DNA of 64,000 nt from an uncultured Kiloniellaceae bacterium (GTDB lineage: Bacteria > Pseudomonadota > Alphaproteobacteria > Kiloniellales > Kiloniellaceae): the NCBI GenBank assembly GCA_947493695.1, contig CANLSF010000010.1:48225-112224 (forward strand), read 5' to 3'. The notes beneath the pieces were generated by a model. The model did not search any database. It was not told the origin of the DNA and saw only the letters and a program-made list of their open reading frames with translations. Of this stretch, positions 27,566 to 36,521 are shown in pieces (positions within the stretch are counted from its first letter, which is position 1; every line of letters begins with the position of its first letter). The position numbers and the translations under genes are program-made.

Positions 27566-30061
27566 TCACGCCGATTTTAAGAGTTCAATCTCGGACTGCG
27601 TCTGCGCCAGGACGTCCTCCAGATCGGCAAGCTTTTCCGTTACGCTTGCGATGTCGGGCGTCTCGTTCTCGATTTCCCGCGCAATATCCTGCAGGCGTAC
27701 AGCACCGAAGTTACTCGCCATCCCCTTTATGCTGTGCGCCGCGCGTTGCGCGGTTTCCAGATCACCAGAGGCAATAGAACTCTTGATTTCGGCCAGCGAT
27801 TTTGAGGCTTCGGCAGGCACAAAACCGAGTGCCTCCTGTAACCCGTCATCGCCGAGCGCTTCACGCAGTTCATCAAATTTTTCACGATCAAAAAGAGGCA
27901 GTGCGCTGGTCACGTTACACTCGCTTTCATCAATTTCCGTATCGTCAGAAGGTTTCTCTGCCGGCATGGCATGGGAGTCGGTCTCCTGCACGGCAGTTGG
28001 TAATTCAGTTGTACCCTGCTCCAGATTGGCAGGCTTCGCAGATACCTGAGCATCGTCAACAGGCTCAGCAGTCGCTTCCTTCACAGGCTCGGATGTCTCT
28101 CCGCCCTCAACTTCGGTCTGGCTTGCCTGGACAACCTTACTCACTGGTCGACTTTTGGTCACTCTTGTGAGTGCCGCGAAGAGCTGTTTCGGATCGACCG
28201 GCTTCGCAACGTAATCATTCATCCCGGCCGCCAGGTACTCTTCGCGATGCCCGGCCATCGCGTTGGCAGTCAGGGCAATGATCTGAATGTCGGACACGGG
28301 ACCGGGAAGCTTACGTATTTCCCGCGTAGCCGTCGGGCCATCCATCTCGGGCATCTGAATATCCATCAGGACAACATCAAAAGCTCGCTCACTCACCGCC
28401 TCGACAGCTTTCAGTCCGTTTTCGACCACGTCCACATCGTGCCCGGCTTTGGTCAGGATCGTCTTGGCGACAAGCTGGTTCACCGCATTGTCTTCGGCCA
28501 CTAGGATACTGAGCTTGGGAAGGTTTTCACCCTGCCCCGTTCCGGAAACCTTCCGCAGCTGCTCAGCAGGTGCCTCACCCATTGAACAGCGTATGGTGAA
28601 CCAGAAGGTGCTGCCCTTTCCGACTTCACTGTGCAACCCAACACCACCGCCCATGAGCTGGGCCAACTGGCGACAGATGACCAGGCCAAGTCCGCTGCCG
28701 CCAAAACGGCGCGTCGTCGAACTGTCGGCTTGCGAGAAGCGCGTAAAGAGTTTGCCTTGCGCCTCGCGAGAGATGCCCACGCCCGTGTCCTTGACGTCGA
28801 CTCTGACCTCGATCTCACCATCAGGCAGCTCTTTATGGGTCGCGATCACACGGACACCGCCCTGCTCGGTAAACTTGACGGCATTGCCGATCAAATTGAA
28901 AAGAATCTGTCTGACCCGGGTTGGGTCGCCCCGCAGACAGCTCGGAAGCGCATCGGTCCCCACGGTTTCCAGGGTCAATCCAACATCGGTTGCTTTCGAT
29001 GACAGGAGTGAGACGACGCCGTCAATTACCTGTTCTGGATTGTAATCAACCTGCTCGAGGTCGATACGGCCTTCTTCAAGTTTCGAATAATCGAGAATGT
29101 CATCGATGATCGACAACAGGCTCTCGGCGGAATCCTGGGCGAGCTTCGTGTATTTAAGCTGCTGGTCGGTCAGCTCGGTGTCAGAAAGAATACCCAGCAT
29201 TCCAAGAACACCGTTCATCGGCGTGCGAATCTCGTGGCTCATGGTCGCCAGGAATTGGGATTTTGCCTTGTTGGCAGCGTCGGCCTCATCCCTCGCCATA
29301 GAAAGCTCTTCGGCGAGCGCGACCTGGGTTACGGCCTCAGCCTCTACCCGTTCGCGCGCATCCTGCAATTCAGACAGTCGCGTGCCAAGCTCGGTCTGCG
29401 TATCCATCAATGCCTTCTCGCGCGCGTCTCTCTCTCGAAAATTGCGCTGAACAACGCTGGCCCACCCCAATCCCACAATGAGCAGAAGTCCGGTCATACC
29501 CCAAAAGAAGTAACTGCCAATCGTCCGATATTCAGAGTCTTTCGGTGTCATATCCACGTAGACTTCGACCGCGCCCCGGAACACACCGTCTGTCATGATG
29601 GGAACGTACGCCTCGCTCACGACGCGCTGGTCTTCGTCAAACTCATCGTTTTCGGCGATCTTGACGAAGGTCTCACCCTTCTGAACCACCGACGCGAAGT
29701 AAGGCTTTTCATTCCGCGTGCCCAGATCGGACGAACGTGACGCAACAGTGATGACGCCTGCAGGATCAAACATCTTGAAGCGGAAGACGTCGCCGCTACG
29801 TGCCGCAAACTCCAGAGCCTGAGCGTTTTCATCCGTAAGCTCACCGGTCTCCAGGAGCTCTTCAAGCCCCTCAATGCGCGTTGCAAGGAAGAGCGCCCAT
29901 TTCGTTGCCGATCCGACTGCCTGCTCCTTGAGCAAGTGGACGCGAACTTCCTGGGTCAGGAGCCAAATTGCTGATAGCGCCGCGACAGCAATCAGCACGA
30001 GCACCAGGAGCAGATTCCTGTCCTCTTTTCTGCTCATCACTTTGATCACGGAGCTCGCCAC
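27566..30061 (-). CDS. hybrid sensor histidine kinase (2 TM periplasmic sensor, HisKA, HATPase_c, REC, HPt)
   Basis: 831 aa. H-box SHEIRTPMNG; NLIGNAVKFT, DTGVGI and GGSGLGL; REC DVVLMDIQMPEMDG; C-terminal HPt HSIKGMASNFG. GTG start at 30061, with an alternative ATG at 30036. Confidence 0.9.
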   Translation of the reverse strand: MASSVIKVMSRKEDRNLLLVLVLIAVAALSAIWLLTQEVRVHLLKEQAVGSATKWALFLATRIEGLEELLETGELTDENAQALEFAARSGDVFRFKMFDPAGVITVASRSSDLGTRNEKPYFASVVQKGETFVKIAENDEFDEDQRVVSEAYVPIMTDGVFRGAVEVYVDMTPKDSEYRTIGSYFFWGMTGLLLIVGLGWASVVQRNFRERDAREKALMDTQTELGTRLSELQDARERVEAEAVTQVALAEELSMARDEADAANKAKSQFLATMSHEIRTPMNGVLGMLGILSDTELTDQQLKYTKLAQDSAESLLSIIDDILDYSKLEEGRIDLEQVDYNPEQVIDGVVSLLSSKATDVGLTLETVGTDALPSCLRGDPTRVRQILFNLIGNAVKFTEQGGVRVIATHKELPDGEIEVRVDVKDTGVGISREAQGKLFTRFSQADSSTTRRFGGSGLGLVICRQLAQLMGGGVGLHSEVGKGSTFWFTIRCSMGEAPAEQLRKVSGTGQGENLPKLSILVAEDNAVNQLVAKTILTKAGHDVDVVENGLKAVEAVSERAFDVVLMDIQMPEMDGPTATREIRKLPGPVSDIQIIALTANAMAGHREEYLAAGMNDYVAKPVDPKQLFAALTRVTKSRPVSKVVQASQTEVEGGETSEPVKEATAEPVDDAQVSAKPANLEQGTTELPTAVQETDSHAMPAEKPSDDTEIDESECNVTSALPLFDREKFDELREALGDDGLQEALGFVPAEASKSLAEIKSSIASGDLETAQRAAHSIKGMASNFGAVRLQDIAREIENETPDIASVTEKLADLEDVLAQTQSEIELLKSA

Positions 30062-30618
30062 GAGTTAACCTGCCGTTAGGGAACGAAGAGGGATCTGCGA
30101 AAAAGCGCGCACACCCCATGAGGATTTATCTGCATACCATCGTTTGCATTGAATTTTAGTAAACAAAGTTGAATCGATTTACGCAGCCACAACCCAGGCG
30201 AAACATCCAAAATTCCACTTCAATCCGCCAACTGTCGCGTTAATGCCCGTCGACTGCGGATTAACCCGAAACACGCGCTTTCGTTTTGCGCGAAGAAGCT
30301 CATGAAGCACAACGATTGCGACTCCCGCAATCTGGTGGAAAGCTCACAAGCTTGAGTCATCAGGTAACAACACGGGGATGGGCCTCCGGGCAGTTGACCC
30401 GGGTTCAAGGTTTCAGGGGGAGCGAGAGCAGATAGGTCAGTGAAAAAGCCAACCTGCAAAGAAATAAGAGTGCTCGCCGACTTCGCGGGGATTGGCTTCA
30501 AGAGCCCGATACAGCAGGCTGAGCGCAACCCGACTCCCGGGTCTGGAGCCACAAACAAGCTCTATCTATCTCAAGCGACTGACAACAGAGAATTTGGATG
30601 TCACAGCGCCCAAAAAGT

Positions 30619-30666
30619 TAGAGCACGATGTCCTTGATCTTTTCGACCAGGAACAATCGTGCTCTA
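30619..30666 (-). terminator. 11-bp perfect stem (TAGAGCACGAT / ATCGTGCTCTA) with a 26-nt partly self-pairing loop, followed on the minus strand by ACTTTTTGGG
   Basis: Read directly. It looks like a Rho-independent terminator on the minus strand, about 100 nt downstream of cspA. The large loop lowers confidence. Confidence 0.4.
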
Positions 30667-30731
30667 TCTCAATAAGTCGGATCTCATACCTGACTCGATA
30701 AACCCAGCAACCTAAGATGCCAAATCAACGA

Positions 30732-30748
30732 GGTTTCAGGCCGAAACC
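30732..30748 (-). terminator. hairpin GGTTTC-aggcc-GAAACC 17 nt downstream of the cspA stop
   Basis: Read directly. The minus-strand tail TCGTTGATTTGG is only moderately U-rich. Confidence 0.4.
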
Positions 30749-30764
30749 GCAACCATCACCAAGG

Positions 30765-30974
30765 TTAATCGACCGCTACAAGATTCTCAGCGGAAGCCTT
30801 ACCGTTCTGTCCTGGAACTAGCTCGTACTCGACTTTCTGGCCTTCGCGAAGACCCGACATTCCAGCACGCTCCACAGCGGAGATGTGCACGAATGCGTCC
30901 TTGGAACCGTCATCAGGCTCGATGAACCCAAATCCCTTCGTGGGGTTGAACCACTTAACCGTTCCTGTCGTCAT
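30765..30974 (-). CDS. cspA: cold-shock protein, CspA family
   Basis: [34 protein letters not shown], with RNP1 KGFGFI and an RNP2-like FVHI. The ATG at 30974 gives a 69-aa protein. Confidence 0.95.
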   Translation of the reverse strand: MTTGTVKWFNPTKGFGFIEPDDGSKDAFVHISAVERAGMSGLREGQKVEYELVPGQNGKASAENLVAVD

Positions 30975-31523
30975 ATTCTGTCCTTTCAACCAATAACGAT
31001 CCCACCGCCGGCATCGTGCCGCACTGTGGGTTTAGGCATCACGATTTCTCGAGGAGTAACGCGGCTGCGCGCAAAGGCGTCGAGGAGGACACGCCAGGAG
31101 AATTGTGTAACCAATTTTTTTTTCGCTCGTTTCACACAAAAGTGCAAGCTGAATCAAAGCCTACATCGCAAAGACTTCTACCACTTCCGTACAGCAAACT
31201 CTTGCAAAGCCGTGATATCCATCAGATCCATTCATCCGCACCAACTAGGGAAGTCAGCTTACACTCGCAACCCAAAATTGCAACAACATATCGCCTATCG
31301 CTAATGAAATTTTAACTTCTGCAGTGTAGCGGCCGGCCGCTCGGCCCCCTCATCCGAAGCACAGATGACGCGTCAAAAAATCTCGAGTTCAGGCGACTCA
31401 TTCATCTATCGCGGGCGCCCCGTACAGGCCGCGACAAAGGTGACAGACTTCGTCGCCACATGGGAGAAAACACTTTGCCTTCGAAGCTTTTTCACAACGC
31501 ATCCAAGGCAGTCATGTCATAAC

Positions 31524-34500
31524 CTAGATCGACATCAGCGAGGCATTACCGCCTGCCGCCGTGGTATCCGTCGTCACAGTGCGTTCCGTGGCATAGCGAT
31601 GCAGGTAGTGGGGTCCGCCAGCTTTTGGCCCCGTTCCGGACAAGCCTTCTCCACCGAAAGGCTGCACGCCGACGACCGCACCGATCGTGTTTCGATTGAC
31701 GTAGGCATTGCCGACGCGCAAGCGTTTCAGGACATGGGCAATGGTAGAATCTATCCGGCTGTGGATCCCGAAAGTCAGCCCGTAACCCGCAGCATTGATA
31801 TTGTCGACCACTCCATCCAGGCGGTCGGCCTGGAAACGGACGACATGGAGCACCGGTCCGAACACTTCGCGCTCCAGTTGCCCTATGGACTCAATTTCGA
31901 AAGCCGCCGGAGCAACAAAAGTGCCGTGCGAGGTTTCGCTGTTAAGACTTGTGCGATTTAAAAGGCGCCCATCCCTTTGCATACGTGCGATGTGCGCTTC
32001 CAGCGTCGCTTTTGCCTCGCTGTCGATGACAGGCCCCACGTCCGTCGACAGCAGCGCGGGATTCCCAACGCGCAACTCATCCATCGCACCGGCCAGCATT
32101 TTGATCACACGATCCGCGATATCCTGCTGCAGGAAAAGCACCCTCAATGCCGAACAACGTTGCCCCGCACTCTGGAATGAGGAGGCGATCACATCGTTTA
32201 CCACCTGCTCCGGCAAGGCCGTGGAATCGACGATCATGCCGTTCTGCCCACCGGTCTCGGCAATTAGCGGTACGATTGCGCCTTCACGCGCGGCCAATGC
32301 CTGATTGATCAGCCGTGCGGTTTCCGTCGAGCCCGTGAAGGCAACGCCGGAAACCCGCTGATCCTTCACCAGTTGTGCACCGACCGTCGCACCGTCGCCT
32401 GGCAGCAGGTGCAGCACATCGCCAGGAATCCCGGCACGGTGCATCAGTTTGACCGTTTCAGTCGCAATGAGACCGGTCTGTTCCGCAGGTTTGGCGATCA
32501 CCGCGTTTCCAGCCGCCAATGCCGCTGCGATTTGCCCGGTAAAGATCGCCAGGGGAAAGTTCCATGGCGAGATGCAGAGAAAAACACCGCGCCCATGCAG
32601 AGAGATCTCATTGGTCTCGCCGGTCGGACCGGGCAAAGGCCTGGGCGCGCCAAACTCCTCGCTGGCCCGTGCAGCATAATAGCGGCAAAAATCGACCGCT
32701 TCACGCACCTCGGCGATCGCATCTCCTATCGTCTTTCCGGCCTCTCGGACACAAAGCGACATCAGATTGGCGCGGTTGCTTTCCATCAGATCCGCGAGTC
32801 GGCGCAGGCAGGCTGCACGCTCCGAAGCCCGGGTCGCATCCCAACCGGGTGCCGAGCGATGGGCGCGCGACACCGCCATCTCAATATCTTCCGGCCTGGA
32901 CCAGCGCAATTCGCCAACCTTATCTCTCAGGTCCGCCGGGTTCTGGACCGCACGTGCCTCCCCGCCCACTTCCTGGCCGGCCACCAAGGGACCTCCGATC
33001 CAACCCGGCTTGCCCATGCGCTCCATCTCCTGACCGAGCGGAGCAAGTTCCTGAGGCGCACTCAAATCGAGCCCGGCTGAGTTGGCCCGCTCATTGCCGA
33101 AAAGTCCCGCAGGCAGAGGGATCTTCGGATGCGCGACGATATCCAGGCGCTGGGCTGCAATCAGCGGGTCCGCAATAATCTCGTCGATAGGCAGTTTTTC
33201 GTCTTGAATGCGGTTTACGAACGAGGAGTTGGCCCCGTTTTCCAGAAGACGACGCACAAGATAAGCCAGCAGATCCTCATGACTGCCGACCGGTGCATAA
33301 ATTCTGACCGGACGGTCCATTTTGGCCGGACCGACGATCTGCGCGTAGAGCGCTTCGCCCATCCCATGCAGACGTTGGAACTCATAGTCCTCCGATCTAC
33401 CGGCGAGCTCGAGAATAGCCGCAACTGTATGAGCATTATGGGTCGCGAATTGCGGATAGAAAGCCGTCGGGCTCGCGAAGAGTTTCTTGACGCAGGCCAG
33501 ATAGGAGACATCGGTCGAGACTTTACGCGTGTAGACGGGATAACCGCTTAACCCCTCGGTCTGCGCAAGCTTGACCTCGGTGTCCCAATAGGCACCTTTC
33601 ACCAACCGCACCATAAAACGCCGATTATGACGCGCCGCCACGCTCGCAAGCCAATCCAAGACAAAGGGCGCGCGTTTCTGATAAGCCTGAACCGCCAGAC
33701 CGAAACCGTTCCACCCGGCCAGCTCCGGATCGCCTGCAAGAGCTTCGATCACATCGAGCGACAAGTCCAGCCGATCAGCCTCCTCTGCATCAACGGTCAG
33801 TCCTATGTTGAGGCGTGCAGCATCCACTGCCAGGGTTTTCAGGCGCGGCACGACCTCGGTCATGACCCGGTCGCGCTGCGCGAACTCATAGCGCGGATGC
33901 AGCGCAGAGAGCTTCACTGATATACCAGGTGCGTCGTTTACCTCCCTGCCCGCTGCCGCCACACCGATTGCTGCGATCGCGTTCTTGTAGGACTCAAAAT
34001 ACCGATCCGCGTCAGCCATGGTCCGGGCTCCCTCGCCCAGCATGTCATAAGAGTATCGGTAGCCTTGCGCCTCGTCCGGCTTGGCGCGCTTGACGGCCTC
34101 TTTGATATCGCGCCCCATGACAAACTGCTGCCCCAGAATCCGCATCGCGCGCGAGATAGCGGTCCGGATCACCGGCTCGCCACTGCGATGCACAAGACGA
34201 CGCAGGACGCCACCGAAGTCTTTGGTTTCGTCATCCTCGAGCTTGACCACGCGCCCGGTCAGCATCAGAGCCCAGGTTGAGGCATTGACAAAAATCGAAT
34301 CGCTATGTCCCAGGTGAGCCTGCCAGTCGGCTGTCGCGATCTTGTCCTTGATCAGCTTATCCAGCGTGTGTGCATCGGGAACCCGCAAAAGCGCCTCTGC
34401 GAGGCACATCAGGACGACCCCTTCTTTGCTCGAAAGCTCGAATTCATACATGAAGGCGTCGATGCCTCCCTGGCCGATCCGCGAACGCCGAACTTCGCCG

Positions 34501-34661
34501 ACCAGGGCCCGGGCGCGCGCCGCGATCCGGTCCAAAGCGTCGTGTGGTAACTCGACTTCCCCCAAAAGACGACGCACCGCCTGGGCTTCGTCGGCGCGAT
34601 AAGCTTCGTGAATTGCCGTCCGAAGATCGGAGGTTTGTGCCAATGCCGGATCGATAATCAT
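31524..34661 (-). CDS. putA: bifunctional proline dehydrogenase / L-glutamate-gamma-semialdehyde (P5C) dehydrogenase
   Basis: 1045 aa. The N-terminal half is PRODH-like. The ALDH half has IAETGGQNGMIV and FQSAGQRCSALR. No N-terminal RHH DNA-binding domain is evident. Confidence 0.9.
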   Translation of the reverse strand: MIIDPALAQTSDLRTAIHEAYRADEAQAVRRLLGEVELPHDALDRIAARARALVGEVRRSRIGQGGIDAFMYEFELSSKEGVVLMCLAEALLRVPDAHTLDKLIKDKIATADWQAHLGHSDSIFVNASTWALMLTGRVVKLEDDETKDFGGVLRRLVHRSGEPVIRTAISRAMRILGQQFVMGRDIKEAVKRAKPDEAQGYRYSYDMLGEGARTMADADRYFESYKNAIAAIGVAAAGREVNDAPGISVKLSALHPRYEFAQRDRVMTEVVPRLKTLAVDAARLNIGLTVDAEEADRLDLSLDVIEALAGDPELAGWNGFGLAVQAYQKRAPFVLDWLASVAARHNRRFMVRLVKGAYWDTEVKLAQTEGLSGYPVYTRKVSTDVSYLACVKKLFASPTAFYPQFATHNAHTVAAILELAGRSEDYEFQRLHGMGEALYAQIVGPAKMDRPVRIYAPVGSHEDLLAYLVRRLLENGANSSFVNRIQDEKLPIDEIIADPLIAAQRLDIVAHPKIPLPAGLFGNERANSAGLDLSAPQELAPLGQEMERMGKPGWIGGPLVAGQEVGGEARAVQNPADLRDKVGELRWSRPEDIEMAVSRAHRSAPGWDATRASERAACLRRLADLMESNRANLMSLCVREAGKTIGDAIAEVREAVDFCRYYAARASEEFGAPRPLPGPTGETNEISLHGRGVFLCISPWNFPLAIFTGQIAAALAAGNAVIAKPAEQTGLIATETVKLMHRAGIPGDVLHLLPGDGATVGAQLVKDQRVSGVAFTGSTETARLINQALAAREGAIVPLIAETGGQNGMIVDSTALPEQVVNDVIASSFQSAGQRCSALRVLFLQQDIADRVIKMLAGAMDELRVGNPALLSTDVGPVIDSEAKATLEAHIARMQRDGRLLNRTSLNSETSHGTFVAPAAFEIESIGQLEREVFGPVLHVVRFQADRLDGVVDNINAAGYGLTFGIHSRIDSTIAHVLKRLRVGNAYVNRNTIGAVVGVQPFGGEGLSGTGPKAGGPHYLHRYATERTVTTDTTAAGGNASLMSI

Positions 34662-34801
34662 CTTCAGGTTCCTTCAAGCTGCCGCGCAGCGCGCTATAAT
34701 CTCTATGTCTATTAGCCTTTTCCCAGAAGAATGTGCTTCTGTTTTTATGTAATTACCGAAATAATGATCTGTAAACTTGCACAATTTCAGCAGAAATCAC
34801 T
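34662..34801. promoter_or_regulatory. divergent putA / Lrp-regulator promoter region (AT-rich, 140 bp)
   Basis: Called from position between divergent genes. No specific operator was defined. Confidence 0.5.
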
Positions 34802-35284
34802 ATGAATCAAACTTCACAGAGGTCTTTGGACAGGATTGACCGCAGAATCCTTAGCACTCTGCAGGATAACGGCAGAATTTCGAATGTCGAACTGGCGCGC
34901 GCGGTTAACCTCAGTCCCACCCCCTGTCTGGAGCGAGTCCGGCGCCTGGAAAGCGCAGGCTACATCGAAGGATATAGCGCACGGCTTTCAGCGGAAAAGC
35001 TGGGGGTCGGCCTGACGGTCTTTGTCCAACTGACCCTTGACCGCACCAAACCGGATGTCTTCGACCGCTTCCGCGAAGCCGTGGCGGAAATTCCAGAGAT
35101 TGCGGAATGCCATATGGTCGCCGGAGGCTTTGACTATCTGATCAAGATCCGCACCAGCGATATGAATGCCTACCGCCAGATGCTCGGCGACAAGCTGGCC
35201 GCCCTGAAATCCGTCCTCAATACCCACAGTTATGTGGTCATGGAGGAGGTCAAAAACGATCGTAACCTCCGGGTACCGGAATAA
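34802..35284 (+). CDS. putR: Lrp/AsnC-family transcriptional regulator, divergent from putA
   Basis: 160 aa. HTH RRILSTLQDNGRISNVELARAVNLSPTPCLERVRRLE plus an AsnC-type C-terminal domain. The symbol is inferred from its position next to putA. Confidence 0.8.
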   Translation: MNQTSQRSLDRIDRRILSTLQDNGRISNVELARAVNLSPTPCLERVRRLESAGYIEGYSARLSAEKLGVGLTVFVQLTLDRTKPDVFDRFREAVAEIPEIAECHMVAGGFDYLIKIRTSDMNAYRQMLGDKLAALKSVLNTHSYVVMEEVKNDRNLRVPE

Positions 35285-35305
35285 GTACAGAATCTGGGAT
35301 CTAAC

Positions 35306-35983
35306 CTAGGACAACGTCCAAAGCACACGATCCGACGCCGAAGTGCCATCATAGCCATAGAAATAGAAAGTCCAGTCATCGGCTTTCTTCGGTGACGCGG
35401 CCCATTTCACTTTGTTCATCGAAAAACCGAGCCGCGCCTTTGTTCCAAGCACAAAGCCCATGTAACCTTCATAGGTCTGAGCTCCGGTAACACCCGGAGT
35501 GTCCGCATACACAAGGCGCGCGACATCGGTAGGCGCTGTATAGTTTGCTTTGATTGCGTTCACGTAGTTGAGCTTGGTTGTCATATTGTTGTCTTTCTGC
35601 AACTGCGACATCGCTGTCCAGTCGGTGCCTGAATTGGCGTTGGCATGCACCAAAACAGTCGTTCCCGCTGACTCGAAGGCCCAGACCGTGCAAGCCGACA
35701 AGGGGCCTGTCAGAACGAGTTGCGCGTTCGGATCGATCTCAATGTAGGTAACGCCGCTGGGTTGCCAGGGCAGAAAGCCGTAAGCTTTGTTGCTATCCGG
35801 CGCGACCTTGACCATCCCCCCGCCCTTATCCGCCTTGCACTGTGCGTTTGCCCAGGTGATTACCTCGGTATTGGGCAGACCCGCAGGAGTCAGCTTAGGC
35901 CGGAACTTACCACTGTCGCCAAGTGACCAATGACCCCCAAGCAACCAGGTTGGGTTCATCGATAAAAGAGATCCGATCGACAT
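35306..35983 (-). CDS. hypothetical 225-aa protein with LSAC(98)-x14-H(113), a possible CNF1/BLF1-like Cys-His deamidase fold
   Basis: The ATG at 35983 is preceded by GGGAGAGG with 7-nt spacing. No signal peptide or TM segment is seen. The motif was read from the translation. See findings. Confidence 0.55.
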   Translation of the reverse strand: MSIGSLLSMNPTWLLGGHWSLGDSGKFRPKLTPAGLPNTEVITWANAQCKADKGGGMVKVAPDSNKAYGFLPWQPSGVTYIEIDPNAQLVLTGPLSACTVWAFESAGTTVLVHANANSGTDWTAMSQLQKDNNMTTKLNYVNAIKANYTAPTDVARLVYADTPGVTGAQTYEGYMGFVLGTKARLGFSMNKVKWAASPKKADDWTFYFYGYDGTSASDRVLWTLS

Positions 35984-36242
35984 TCTATTTCCTCTCCCAG
36001 GTCTGTTCCGATGCCTGTTCGGCTCAGCGCCTCGCATTCCCGGCGACGGGCGATGACCAACTTGGATTCTGTGATTGAATTGGCATCGAATGGATAACAA
36101 TCGACGTCATCGAAAATATACGAAAGTTTTCCGAACCCTGGCGCGATGCTATCGCGACTCAAGCCCCCGCCGAGAGTTCACGGCTTACGCCAGCCCGTTC
36201 TCTATTGGCACCGGAGGACTCAGAATTACAATTGACTCAATG

Positions 36243-36262
36243 TTATATTGGTACCAACATAA
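36243..36262. promoter_or_regulatory. 20-bp near-perfect palindrome TTATATTGGTACCAACATAA (9 of 10 pairs) abutting the RHH gene start
   Basis: Read directly. It is centred on GGTACC and ends 4 nt before ATG 36267. It is a candidate autoregulatory operator. Confidence 0.5.
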
Positions 36263-36266
36263 CATC

Positions 36267-36521
36267 ATGAAAAAATCAATCGAACGCGTGCAGACCGGCG
36301 TACGTATCGAGAAACGTTTGCTCAAGGTCCTGAAAGGTCTCTCGGAGCATCTCGACATCACCGTTGGAGATCTGCTTGAGGGAATGGCGTTGCATTGCTT
36401 CGAGAACAAGCCGCCCTTCTCAAAAACGACACTTAAGAAAATCCGGCAGTTGAAAGCGGTCTATGATCTCGACCTTGAGGTGTCGGATAGCCACAAGCTG
36501 CAAGACACTGGAGAGAAGTGA
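36267..36521 (+). CDS. ribbon-helix-helix-like small DNA-binding protein (antitoxin-like)
   Basis: 84 aa. VQTGVRIEKRLLKVLKGLSEHLDITVGDLLEGMALHCF fits a strand-helix-helix pattern. There is an alternative ATG at 36240. I reject the track start at 36075. Confidence 0.55.
   Translation: MKKSIERVQTGVRIEKRLLKVLKGLSEHLDITVGDLLEGMALHCFENKPPFSKTTLKKIRQLKAVYDLDLEVSDSHKLQDTGEK

Noticed and set aside
30062-30764. Possible two-piece (permuted) tmRNA, SRP RNA or RNase P RNA in the long spacer
   Set aside because: I looked on both strands for several features and did not find a convincing combination. These were a T-arm (GGTTCGANTCC-like) adjacent to an acceptor strand ending CCA, an ANDN...AA tag reading frame, the SRP AGGUCCGGAAGGAAGCAGC block, and the RNase P GAGGAAAGUCC block. 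The region is left as unexplained structured RNA or DNA.
31365-31961. 198-aa plus-strand ORF spanning the putA 3' end
   Set aside because: It is antisense to putA for most of its length and has no motifs. I treat it as a shadow ORF.
35984-36100. 39-codon extension of the 225-aa ORF, and the 64-codon extension of the RHH ORF (36075-36266)
   Set aside because: Both extensions are Arg-rich and low-complexity and would overlap each other in the divergent promoter region. The internal ATG 35983 has a strong SD, and ATG 36267 starts exactly at the RHH pattern.
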